Source of the DNA: Brevundimonas sp.
GTDB lineage: Bacteria > Pseudomonadota > Alphaproteobacteria > Caulobacterales > Caulobacteraceae
Direction of reading: 5' to 3'
Length of the DNA: 64,000 nucleotides
NCBI RefSeq assembly: GCF_046293315.1
Contig: NZ_JBKBPF010000003.1
Location: 61,252 to 125,251, forward strand
Shown: positions 55,979 through 64,000 of the stretch, piece after piece
Layout: each line of letters begins with the position of its first letter
Numbering within the stretch: position 1 is the first letter of the stretch
Program-made: the position numbers and the translations under genes
Notes under the pieces: generated by a model
Seen by the model: the letters and a program-made list of their open reading frames with translations, nothing else
The model's database searches: none
Told to the model about the DNA's origin: nothing

Positions 55979-56263
55979 TCAGTCCTGCTCTTCAGCGGCG
56001 TAGCGCCGCTCGATGCGGTCCATCACCGCCGCATAGACGAAGATCAGCACAACGAAGACATAGATCGATCCCTGCTGGGCAAACCAGAAGCCCAGCGGCG
56101 CCCCGCCGATGCTGAACTGATCCAGCCAGTCGCGGAACAGAATTCCAGCCCCGAACGACACCAGGAACCAGATTGCCAGCAGCGCCCCCATCAGGGTCAG
56201 GTTCTTCTTCCAGTAGGCCCTGTGCTCGGCCCGGCGGATCTCGACGCGGCTGGTGTCTGTCAT
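55979..56263 (-). CDS. DUF4212 small membrane protein (putative symporter small subunit)
   Basis: 94 aa with two helices. The sequence YWKKNLTLMGALLAIWFLVSFG...PLGFWFAQQGSIYVFVVLIFVYA is present. Confidence 0.75.
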   Translation of the reverse strand: MTDTSRVEIRRAEHRAYWKKNLTLMGALLAIWFLVSFGAGILFRDWLDQFSIGGAPLGFWFAQQGSIYVFVVLIFVYAAVMDRIERRYAAEEQD

Positions 56264-56393
56264 GCATCGCCTCCCTGCATCTTGGGAGAGTGAAACGATG
56301 ACGGCGCGGGGCGCAACAAATTTTGCCGGCCACGCGTCTGCGGGCCTGTGGCGGTGGCGCCGCGGATCCCGTATTTCAGCCGCCCCGGATCAA

Positions 56394-56422
56394 GCGTCAC
56401 GTTTCCGTGGCCGACCTGTCGC
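56394..56422 (+). promoter_or_regulatory. Three 7-bp direct repeats at exact 11-bp phasing (Pho-box-like) upstream of the receptor-phoD pair
   Basis: GCGTCAC gttt CCGTGGC cgac CTGTCGC compared with CTGTCAT-N4-CTGTCAT. Individual repeats match 4-6 of 7 positions. The element ends 52 bp before the ATG. Confidence 0.3.
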
Positions 56423-56474
56423 GCGAGCTACATGAACGGCGATTACGGGTCTCGAACCATTTGGGGGAACTGTC

Positions 56475-59021
56475 ATGTCGCGCACCACATCCTATCGCAT
56501 CGGCCTCATGAGCGCCGCAGCCGCCTGCGCCCTGGCCGCCGGGGCCGCCCAGGCCCAGGAGGCCACCCAGGTCGACGAGATCATCGTCACGGCGCAGCTG
56601 CGCGCCCAGAACCCCATCGACGTCCCCTTCGCCCTGACCGCCTATGACGGCGACTTCCTGCGCGACCTGGGCGTCCAGGAATTCGAGGAAATGTCGGCCT
56701 TCGTGCCCGGCTTCCTGGTTCAGAACCAGTCGCCCAACAACCCCGGCTTCGTGATGCGGGGCATCACCTCGGACTCCGGCGCCGCGACGGCCGAGCCGCG
56801 CGTGTCGGTCTATCAGGACGGTGTGTCCATCTCGAAGTCGCGCGGCTCCTACGTTGAACTGTTCGACATCGAGCGCATGGAGATCGCCAAGGGTCCGCAG
56901 TCGACCCTGTACGGACGCGGCGCTCTCATCGGCGCGGTCAACATCGTCCAGCGCCGGGCCGAACCGGGCGTGTTCGACGCCGAGGCCCGGGTCGGCATGG
57001 GCGACCTGGGCTATCGCCTGGCCGAAGGCATGATCAACATGCCGCTGGGCGAGACCTCCGCCATCCGCTTCTCTACCCGCCTGAAGAGCCGCGACGGCTA
57101 TGTGGAAAACCTGTCGGGTGGTGATGACTACAACAGCATCGACACCGAGGCCTTCCGCCTGTCGGCCGCGTTTGAACCCGCGTCGGGCTTCAGCATCGAC
57201 GTCATCGCCAACTACCAGACCGATCGCGCTTCGGGCACGCCGTTCACCTCCATGGCCTACGCGCCCGCCAATCCGGTGACTGGCGCCCCGCTCGGCCCGA
57301 TCGACCCGTGGGCGGGCGCGGCGCTGACGCCGGGCGCCGACTTCGACGGCGGACAGTCCCTCGGGCTGGACCGCGACGTGTGGGGCGTGACCGGCCTCCT
57401 GGCCTGGGAGCTGTCGCCCATGCTGACCCTGAACAGCATCACGGCCTACCGCGAGTTCGACTCCTACGAGACCTTCGACGCCGACGGCGTGTCCCTGCCC
57501 ATCCTGACCGCGGCCGAGGAAGCCTACGGCGAGCAGTTCAGTCAGGAGCTGCGCCTGAACTTCGAGGCCGGGCCCCGCGTGACCGGCTTCTTCGGCGCCG
57601 GCTATTTCCATGAGGAAGGCTACCAACGCACCCCCACCCAGTTCGACGAACGCATGGCACTGGCCCAGCTTTCTGGTTTCCTGGACGGCGGACTTGGCGG
57701 CGGAACGCTGCCCGCCGCGGCCTATCCGGGCCTGTCCCAGCTGATCCTGAGCCAACTGCTGGCGCCGCTCGGCGCCGGTGGGCTCGCCCCGGCGATCGCC
57801 GCGAACCTGAAGCCGGCGCACATCGAGACGCCCACCAACGCTTCGGAGCTGACCTCCTGGGACGTGTTCGGCGACATGACCTTCCAGGCCACCGATCGAC
57901 TGGAGCTGTCGGCCGGCCTTCGCTACACTACGGACGAGAAGACCACCGGCTACGCGGCCCAGGTGGACAATGGCCGCTCCACACTCGGCGGCATCCTGGG
58001 CGCCCAAGCGATCGCTACCCAGATCCAGCAGTTGGTCGCCATCGGCACCCCCGAGGCCCTGACGCAGGCGGCTGCCTTGAACGCCCAGTTGACCGGCCTG
58101 ATCGGGGCCCTCGCCACGCCGGGCTTCGCCACCCTGCCCGGCCTGCCCCTGTTCGGCCTGACGTCCCAGCCGACCGCCAACAACGGCGACATGATCACCC
58201 AGGACCATGAGGACGACGGCTTTACCTGGCGCCTGACCGCCCGCTATGCGGTGTCGGACGACGTCAACGTCTACGCCAACTACGCCCGCGGCCGTCGCCC
58301 TGAGGTGCTGTCTGTCGGCCCCCCCTCGGCGCCCGGTGGCGCGCCGGCGTTCAACGTGATCGAGGCCGAGACGGTCGACAGCTTCGAAATCGGGGCCAAG
58401 ATGGCGCTGATGGACCGGCGTCTGCGCCTGGACGGCGCGGTCTATTTCTACGACTATCAAAACTTCCAGACGACCGTGCAGGAAGGCACCCAGTTCATCA
58501 CGACCAACGCCGGCGAAGCGGAATCCTATGGCTTTGAAGGCCAGGTGTTCTACGCCGCCTCGGACGCCCTGGACCTGTTCGCCACCTACGGCTTCAACCA
58601 CTCGCGCTTCGGCAACGGCATCTATGAGGGCAACAGCTTCCGCCTGTCGCCGGACCACATGGCGTCGGTGGGCGCAGTGTGGCGGGTTCGGGCCGGCGCC
58701 GGCGCCTTCGAGATCCAGCCCACCTACACCTGGCAGTCCGAGGTCTTCTTCGACGATGACAACGACCTTCCGGCTTTGCAGGCGAACAACCTGGTCCCCG
58801 ACCTGATCCAGGACGAGTTCCAGGACAGCTACGGCCTGCTCAGCCTGCGTCTGCGCTATGCGCCTGACAGCGCCAACTGGGGCGTCGAGCTGTTCGGCGA
58901 CAATCTGCTGGACGAAGAGTTCATCAAGGATGCGGGCAACACCGGCGACGCCCTGGGCATGCCCACCTTCATCCCCGGCCGTCCCCGCACCTGGGGTATC
59001 AACCTGAGCCTGCGTTACTAG
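56475..59021 (+). CDS. TonB-dependent receptor, 848 aa
   Basis: Signal peptide ...ALAAGAAQAQE and TonB box DEIIVTA. The C-terminus is ...TWGINLSLRY. The SD GGGGGAA precedes the ATG. Confidence 0.9.
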   Translation: MSRTTSYRIGLMSAAAACALAAGAAQAQEATQVDEIIVTAQLRAQNPIDVPFALTAYDGDFLRDLGVQEFEEMSAFVPGFLVQNQSPNNPGFVMRGITSDSGAATAEPRVSVYQDGVSISKSRGSYVELFDIERMEIAKGPQSTLYGRGALIGAVNIVQRRAEPGVFDAEARVGMGDLGYRLAEGMINMPLGETSAIRFSTRLKSRDGYVENLSGGDDYNSIDTEAFRLSAAFEPASGFSIDVIANYQTDRASGTPFTSMAYAPANPVTGAPLGPIDPWAGAALTPGADFDGGQSLGLDRDVWGVTGLLAWELSPMLTLNSITAYREFDSYETFDADGVSLPILTAAEEAYGEQFSQELRLNFEAGPRVTGFFGAGYFHEEGYQRTPTQFDERMALAQLSGFLDGGLGGGTLPAAAYPGLSQLILSQLLAPLGAGGLAPAIAANLKPAHIETPTNASELTSWDVFGDMTFQATDRLELSAGLRYTTDEKTTGYAAQVDNGRSTLGGILGAQAIATQIQQLVAIGTPEALTQAAALNAQLTGLIGALATPGFATLPGLPLFGLTSQPTANNGDMITQDHEDDGFTWRLTARYAVSDDVNVYANYARGRRPEVLSVGPPSAPGGAPAFNVIEAETVDSFEIGAKMALMDRRLRLDGAVYFYDYQNFQTTVQEGTQFITTNAGEAESYGFEGQVFYAASDALDLFATYGFNHSRFGNGIYEGNSFRLSPDHMASVGAVWRVRAGAGAFEIQPTYTWQSEVFFDDDNDLPALQANNLVPDLIQDEFQDSYGLLSLRLRYAPDSANWGVELFGDNLLDEEFIKDAGNTGDALGMPTFIPGRPRTWGINLSLRY

Positions 59022-59033
59022 GGAGCCGCTGTC

Positions 59034-60722
59034 ATGCGCATCGACCGTCGCCGCGTTCTGGGCCTGATCGGAGCGGGGGCCGCCGCCCCCGCCGCCTCCG
59101 CACAGGCCCGCCAGGCCGCTGCGGCGGTCGCGTTCCGCCATGGCGTCGCCTCTGGCGATCCGCTCAATGACCGGGTCATCCTGTGGACCCGGGTGAGCCC
59201 GGATCGCATCGACGCGGCGGTCTCGGTGGACTGGCGCATCCGGCCGCTGGACGCCGACACCGTGGTCGCCTCCGGCACGGTCGAGACCGGCCCGGAGCGC
59301 GACCACACGGTCAAGGTTGATGTGGGCGGTCTGCAACCCGGCGCCGACTACCGCTTCGACTTCGCGGTCGGCGACGTGCGCTCGCCCGAGGGCCGCACCC
59401 GCACCCTGCCCGCGGGCGGGACCGGGGACGTGGTGCTGGCCGTGGCCTCATGCCAGCTGCACCCCGGCGGCCTGTTCAACGCCTATGAGGCCATGGCCGG
59501 GCTGGAGCGCCTGGACGCGGTCGTGCACCTGGGCGACTACATCTATGAGTACGGCGCCGAGGCGGACGACTACGGCATGGTCACCGGCACGCCGCTGAAC
59601 CGCATCCCCGAGCCGGCCCACGAGATCGTCAGCCTGGACGACTATCGCCGCCGTCACGCCCAGTACAAGACCGACGCCGACCTGCAGGCCGCCCACGCGC
59701 GCGCGCCGTTCATCTGCGTCTGGGACGACCACGAACTCGCCAACGACAGCTGGACCGAGGGCGCCCAGAACCATCAGCCCCGCGACGAGGGTGACTACGG
59801 CGTGCGCAAGGCTGCGGCCCTGCGCGCCTATTACGAATGGATGCCCATCCGCGAACCCCGCGACGGCCTGTCGATGGAGGCCATCAACCGCACCTTCCAC
59901 TTCGGCGATCTGGCCACCCTGGTGATGGTCGAGACGCGGCTGACCGCCCGCGACGAGCCCATCGGCTACGCCACCCACCTGCCCATGACCACGGACGCGG
60001 CGGGCAATCCGATCCCCGACGTGGCCGGCTTCGAGGCCATCCGTCACGATCCCGCGCGCGAACTGATGGGCACCGACCAGATCGCCTGGCTGAAGGGCGA
60101 GCTGGAGGCGTCGCGTCTGGCGGGCCGTCCGTGGCAGATCATCGGCAATCAGGTGGTCATGGCCCGCGTGGCCGGGCCCAATATTGCCGATACGCTGCCG
60201 GCGGCCATGATCGAGGGCCTGCTGTCGCAACTTCCCGACGACATCCGGGCCCAGGTGCAACAGTCGATCCAGCTGTTCCGCTTCGGCCTGCCATTCAATC
60301 TGGACAGCTGGGACGGCTATCCCGCCGAGCGCGAGCGCCTGTACGCCGCCTTCGCCGAGGCGGGCGTTTCCCCGATCGTCCTGGCCGGCGACAGCCACGC
60401 CTTCTGGGTCAACGAGCTGAAGGATGCCGCCGGTGAGCGCCGCGCTGTCGAGTTCGGAACCAGCTCGATCTCGAGCCCGTCGGTGGGCGACGCGGTTCCC
60501 GGACTGCCGCTGGGAGCCGCCCTGGCGCAGACCAATGAGGAGGTTGTGTTCTGCGACCAGTCCTCCAAGGGCTTCGTGCTGCTGACCCTGACACGGGATC
60601 AGGCCACCGCCGAGCTGAAGGCGGTGTCCACCATCCTGGCCAAGCCCTTCGAGGTCCGCGACGCCGCGCGCTTCACCGTGGCGCGCGGCCCGGCCGGCGC
60701 CGGCGAGCTGACCCAGGGCTAG
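59034..60722 (+). CDS. phoD: PhoD-family alkaline phosphatase/phosphodiesterase with a Tat signal
   Basis: Tat signal MRIDRRRVLGLIGAGAAAPAASAQA. Motifs FRHGVASGDP, VHLGDYIYEY and WDDHELAND are present. The gene starts 12 bp after the receptor stop. Confidence 0.85.
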   Translation: MRIDRRRVLGLIGAGAAAPAASAQARQAAAAVAFRHGVASGDPLNDRVILWTRVSPDRIDAAVSVDWRIRPLDADTVVASGTVETGPERDHTVKVDVGGLQPGADYRFDFAVGDVRSPEGRTRTLPAGGTGDVVLAVASCQLHPGGLFNAYEAMAGLERLDAVVHLGDYIYEYGAEADDYGMVTGTPLNRIPEPAHEIVSLDDYRRRHAQYKTDADLQAAHARAPFICVWDDHELANDSWTEGAQNHQPRDEGDYGVRKAAALRAYYEWMPIREPRDGLSMEAINRTFHFGDLATLVMVETRLTARDEPIGYATHLPMTTDAAGNPIPDVAGFEAIRHDPARELMGTDQIAWLKGELEASRLAGRPWQIIGNQVVMARVAGPNIADTLPAAMIEGLLSQLPDDIRAQVQQSIQLFRFGLPFNLDSWDGYPAERERLYAAFAEAGVSPIVLAGDSHAFWVNELKDAAGERRAVEFGTSSISSPSVGDAVPGLPLGAALAQTNEEVVFCDQSSKGFVLLTLTRDQATAELKAVSTILAKPFEVRDAARFTVARGPAGAGELTQG

Positions 60723-60892
60723 AGCGTATCAGCACCCTGACGCGGGTCTTGAGGACCCCGGCATCGAGCAGGGCCGGGCGCTTCACGGTCCGCCGCTGCC
60801 TGATGTGACGCGGTCCTCCCCTGGCAAAACCGCCGGTTCCTTCGTGTTCGAGCGTTCGACAAACGCTTGCCTAGATGATTACGGCTGTGTCA

Positions 60893-60906
60893 TGTAAACG
60901 ATTACA
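60893..60906. promoter_or_regulatory. LacI/GalR-type operator
   Basis: TGTAAACGATTACA is 12/14 self-complementary. It fits TGNAANCGNTTNCA with a central CG at 60899/60900. It ends 110 bp upstream of the LacI-family gene. Confidence 0.55.
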
Positions 60907-61015
60907 CGCTGAACGCCGGACCGCCGCCAAGGCCGCCGGGGCGGTTCGGACGTGGCCAGGGAGACAGCACCAGGATGACGGCGAAAGCCCTCGCATCAGA
61001 GCCTGAGGCGCGGTC

Positions 61016-62053
61016 ATGAAGGCCGCGACCATCAAGGACGTGGCCGCACGCGCGGGCGTTTCCGTGGCCTCGGTCTCGCGCGTGCTCAACGGCCAGGGCG
61101 TGGTCGCCGAGGAGACCCGCGCCCGCGTCAGGGAGGCGGTCGAGGCCCTGTCCTATGTGCCCCATTCCGGCGCCCGCAGTCTCATCACCCGCAGAACCGA
61201 CACCGTGGGCGTCATCCTGCCCGACCTGTTCGGCGAGTTCTTCTCGGAACTGATCCGCGGCATGGATCGGGCGGCGCGCGAGAAGCGCCTGCACCTGATC
61301 GTGTCCAGCTCCCATGACGACGCCGACGAGGCGTCCTTCGCCATCAAGTCCATGCGTGGCCGCGTCGACGGGCTGATCATCCTGTCACCCCATCTGGACG
61401 CCGCGGCGCTGGCCGCCAGCATGCCCAGATCCCTGCCAGTCCTGCTGATGAACGGCGGCGCGCGCGATATCGGCCGGCCGTCCATCACCGTGGACAACCA
61501 CGGCGGGGCGGAGGCCATGACCCGTCACCTGCTGGATCAGGGCCGCCGCCGCGTGGCGCATGTGGCTGGACCCGGGGGCAATCTGGAAGCCGAGGCGCGG
61601 CGCGCCGGGTATATGGCCGCCATGGCGGAGGCCGGAATCGACCCGGTGGTGCTGGACGGCGACTTCAACCAGGCATCGGGCTATCGGGCCGGGGCCGCCA
61701 TCGCGGCCATGGACATTCGTCCCGACGCCGTGTTCGCAGGCAACGACATGATGGCGGTGGGCGTTCTACTGGCATTGCAGGAAGCAGGCCTGCGCTGTCC
61801 CGAGGATGTTGCTGTCGGCGGCTTCGACGACGTGCCCATCGCGTCGCTGGTCCGGCCTGCCCTGAGCACCATGAGAATCGACATCGCCGAGACGGGCCGC
61901 CGCGCGCTGGAGCGCCTGGTGGGCCTGATCGACGCCGCGGGGGACGCCTCCCCCGACCACGAGATCGTGCGGCCCCGACTGGTCGCGCGCGAATCCAGTA
62001 GCAGCAACAGCGGGATAAGCGGGTCCAAATCTGCGCTCGCTCAGGGAGGTTAA
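61016..62053 (+). CDS. LacI family transcriptional regulator
   Basis: HTH MKAATIKDVAARAGVSVASVSRVLNG plus a periplasmic-binding-protein-like sugar-binding core. Confidence 0.9.
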   Translation: MKAATIKDVAARAGVSVASVSRVLNGQGVVAEETRARVREAVEALSYVPHSGARSLITRRTDTVGVILPDLFGEFFSELIRGMDRAAREKRLHLIVSSSHDDADEASFAIKSMRGRVDGLIILSPHLDAAALAASMPRSLPVLLMNGGARDIGRPSITVDNHGGAEAMTRHLLDQGRRRVAHVAGPGGNLEAEARRAGYMAAMAEAGIDPVVLDGDFNQASGYRAGAAIAAMDIRPDAVFAGNDMMAVGVLLALQEAGLRCPEDVAVGGFDDVPIASLVRPALSTMRIDIAETGRRALERLVGLIDAAGDASPDHEIVRPRLVARESSSSNSGISGSKSALAQGG

Positions 62054-62057
62054 GACC

Positions 62058-64000
62058 ATGATCCGGAACACCAGACGTCACCGAAGCCTGATGGGCGCAT
62101 CGGCCGCCGCCATCGCGACCTCGCTGCTCCTCGCGGGAGGCGCCATGGCGCAGACCTCGACCGCCACCGTGCGCGGCGCCGTGTCCGAGCCGGGAGCGAC
62201 GATCACCGCCACGGACGTCAACACCGGCTTCGTCACACGCGCAACCGCGGGCTCAGACGGGAACTACGCCCTGTCCGGACTGCGGCCGGGCACCTATCGC
62301 TTCGACGTCACAGGTCCCAGCGGCGCCACGACGAGCCAGACATCGACCCTGCAGGTGGGCCAGCAGGCCTACATCCCGTTCGAACTCGCCGGCGACGCGG
62401 CGGACGCGACGACGGTCGAGGGCCTGGTCGTCACCCTGTCGCGGCTGCCGGAAGTGCGCACGTCCGAAGTCGCCACCAATGTCACCTCGCAGCAGATCAG
62501 CACCCTGCCGCAGAACAATCGCAACTTCCTGAATTTCGCCGCCCTTGCCCCCGGTGTGCGGCTGAACACCGACGAGTTCCGTCGGGATTTCTCGGCCGGC
62601 GGCAACGCCTCGACCGACGGCCTGAGCTCCAGCCAGGTCAACGTCTTCGTCGATGGCGTCAGCCTGAAGTCCAACGTCAATCCAGGCGGCGTGATCGGCC
62701 AGGATTCCAGCCGCGGCAATCCATTCAGCCAGCTGGCGGTGCAGGAATTCCGCGTCGCCACCTCGAACTTCAAGGCGGAGTACGAACAGGCGGGCACGGC
62801 GGTCATCACCGCCATTACCCGCTCGGGCGGCAATGAGTTCACCGGCGAGGTCTTCGGGTTCTACCAGGACGACTCCATGGTCGAGCCGGACTTCTTCCAG
62901 CGCCGGGACGGTTTGGACACGCCGGAACTGAGCCGCGAGCAGTATGGTGTCTCGCTGGGCGGGCCGATCATTCAGGACCGTCTGAACTTCTTTGCGGCCT
63001 GGGAGGTCAACGACCAGGTCCGCTCCAGTCAGGTGACCGCCGGCGGCACGCCCGAGCAGCAGGCGCTCCTCCCGTTCGACGTGGCTGACTACGAAGGCGC
63101 CTTCGCCAGCCCGTTCCGGCAGGACATCTATTTCGGCAAGCTGACGTGGCGGCCGTCAGACAACCAGACCCTGGAGCTGTCGGTCAGCCATCGCGACGAG
63201 GAAGACCTGCGCGGCTTCGGCGGCGCGACCTCGGTGGAGGCGGGCGAACTGGTCAACAACACCGTGACCAGCGTCAAGGCCCAGTGGGACTATGACGCCG
63301 CCAACTTCCTGAACGAAGCCAGCGTCGACTACCGCGAGAGCAGCTTCAATCCCACGATCGTCAATCCCGACCAGGTGGGGCTGGACTACGCCGGCGTCAT
63401 CCGCATCGGCGGGCGCAGCACGGCTCAGGAGGTCGAGGAGCGCAATCTCACCTTCCGCAATAACGTGACCTTCCAGCCGCTCGACTGGCGCGGCTCACAC
63501 CTGTTCAAGATTGGCGGGAAGATTTCGTTCAACGAGTACAGCGTGTTTAGCGGACAGAACACCAATCCCACCTTCTTTTTCCAGAATGATCCGGATCAGA
63601 ATCTCAATTTCAGCTTTCCCGCGGAAGCGCTCTACGGCGTCGGACAGCCTACGGTAACTGCAGAGAACGTTCAGATCGGGCTGTTTATCCAGGACGACTG
63701 GGAGATCAACGAGCACCTGACCCTGAATCTGGGCGTGCGCTGGGACGTGGAGACCAACGCCAACAACAAGGACTACGTCACCCCCGACGACGCGGTGGCC
63801 GCGCTGCGCTTTCTGGAAGAAGAGTTGCGTGATCAACCCGGTAACCGCTTCTTCGCCGACGACTACATCTCCACCGGCGACAACCGCGATCCGTTCATGG
63901 GCGCCATCGCCCCGCGCTTCGGATTCTCCTACGATGTGTTCGCCGACCAGCGGACGGTAGTCTTCGGCGGCTTTGGCCGCTTCTACGACCGCACCCTGTT
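62058..64000 (+). CDS. TonB-dependent receptor with an N-terminal carboxypeptidase-regulatory-like domain (Oar-like); 3' end lies outside the window
   Basis: Not in the ORF track because there is no stop before the window end. ATG 62058 has the SD GGGAGG upstream. The translation is MIRNTRRHRSLMGASAAAIATSLLLAGGAMAQTSTATVRGAVSEPGATITATDVNTGFVTRATAGSDGNYALSGLRPGTYRFDV. I read the 5' portion directly and spot-checked the frame as open at the window end (...RTVVFGGFGRFYDRTL). The absence of any plus-strand track ORF after 62053 is consistent with an unbroken frame. Confidence 0.85.
   Translation, partial: MIRNTRRHRSLMGASAAAIATSLLLAGGAMAQTSTATVRGAVSEPGATITATDVNTGFVTRATAGSDGNYALSGLRPGTYRFDVTGPSGATTSQTSTLQVGQQAYIPFELAGDAADATTVEGLVVTLSRLPEVRTSEVATNVTSQQISTLPQNNRNFLNFAALAPGVRLNTDEFRRDFSAGGNASTDGLSSSQVNVFVDGVSLKSNVNPGGVIGQDSSRGNPFSQLAVQEFRVATSNFKAEYEQAGTAVITAITRSGGNEFTGEVFGFYQDDSMVEPDFFQRRDGLDTPELSREQYGVSLGGPIIQDRLNFFAAWEVNDQVRSSQVTAGGTPEQQALLPFDVADYEGAFASPFRQDIYFGKLTWRPSDNQTLELSVSHRDEEDLRGFGGATSVEAGELVNNTVTSVKAQWDYDAANFLNEASVDYRESSFNPTIVNPDQVGLDYAGVIRIGGRSTAQEVEERNLTFRNNVTFQPLDWRGSHLFKIGGKISFNEYSVFSGQNTNPTFFFQNDPDQNLNFSFPAEALYGVGQPTVTAENVQIGLFIQDDWEINEHLTLNLGVRWDVETNANNKDYVTPDDAVAALRFLEEELRDQPGNRFFADDYISTGDNRDPFMGAIAPRFGFSYDVFADQRTVVFGGFGRFYDRTL

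Noticed and set aside
56397-59336. 979-aa minus-strand ORF spanning the whole 56475..59021 receptor gene
   Set aside because: It is a shadow ORF. The plus-strand frame has a signal peptide, a TonB box and a canonical C-terminal aromatic residue, and the minus frame has none of these.
60723-61015. Possible small gene or sRNA in the 293-bp spacer after phoD (track ORFs 60871..61089 and 60902..61315 on the minus strand)
   Set aside because: Both ORFs run antisense into the LacI-family gene and have shadow-ORF composition. I found no convincing promoter-terminator pair for an sRNA, and the spacer is better explained by operator sites.

Overview
Dense 64-kb chromosomal window from a GC-rich alphaproteobacterium (about two-thirds G+C by eye, not computed). 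Gene content and regulatory motifs suggest Caulobacterales, Brevundimonas/Caulobacter-like; this is inference only. I support about 52 protein-coding genes. I saw no rRNA, tRNA, CRISPR array, transposase or integrase. Most long antisense ORFs in the track are GC-driven shadow ORFs.

Gene blocks, in order:
1. TonB-dependent receptor (5' partial) plus a two-unit M16 protease.
2. A complete GlcNAc/chitooligosaccharide locus. The minus strand carries receptor, GH20 hexosaminidase, PTS EIIA-HPr-EI and PTS EIICB. The plus strand carries a divergent GntR regulator, SIS deaminase and NagA. TGGTATT-type repeats lie between the two arms.
3. A four-gene MBOAT + two SGNH + small membrane protein module, a glycan O-acetylation-like machine with unknown substrate.
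4. A divergent methyltransferase/DUF2177 and FAD-oxidoreductase/DUF1365 cluster (furan/modified fatty-acid type) arranged around a 15-bp palindrome that reads as back-to-back ECF-type promoters.
5. scoA, an unannotated 52-codon membrane ORF, scoB and an acidic helical protein, all joined by 1-nt overlaps.
6. Sua5/TsaC, cytochrome b561 and an acyl-CoA dehydrogenase.
7. An Mla/MCE-like ABC system.
8. An Fe(III) ABC importer with an internal hairpin and a start-codon anomaly.
9. The flagellar hook region: flgL-flgK divergent from fliK-flgD-flgE, with sigma54 promoters, followed by a sciP-like gene.
10. mnmA, a low-GC LRR gene, an AT3-SGNH acyltransferase and an S9 peptidase.
11. TetR/RidA with tandem palindromic operators, then DUF4212 plus a Na/solute symporter.
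12. TonB receptor plus PhoD, then a LacI regulator plus an Oar-like TonB receptor (3' partial).

No recognisable defence, toxin or mobile system is present. The most system-like unexplained items are the MBOAT/SGNH module, the ECF-palindrome fatty-acid cluster, the scoA-smORF-scoB chain and the low-GC LRR gene.
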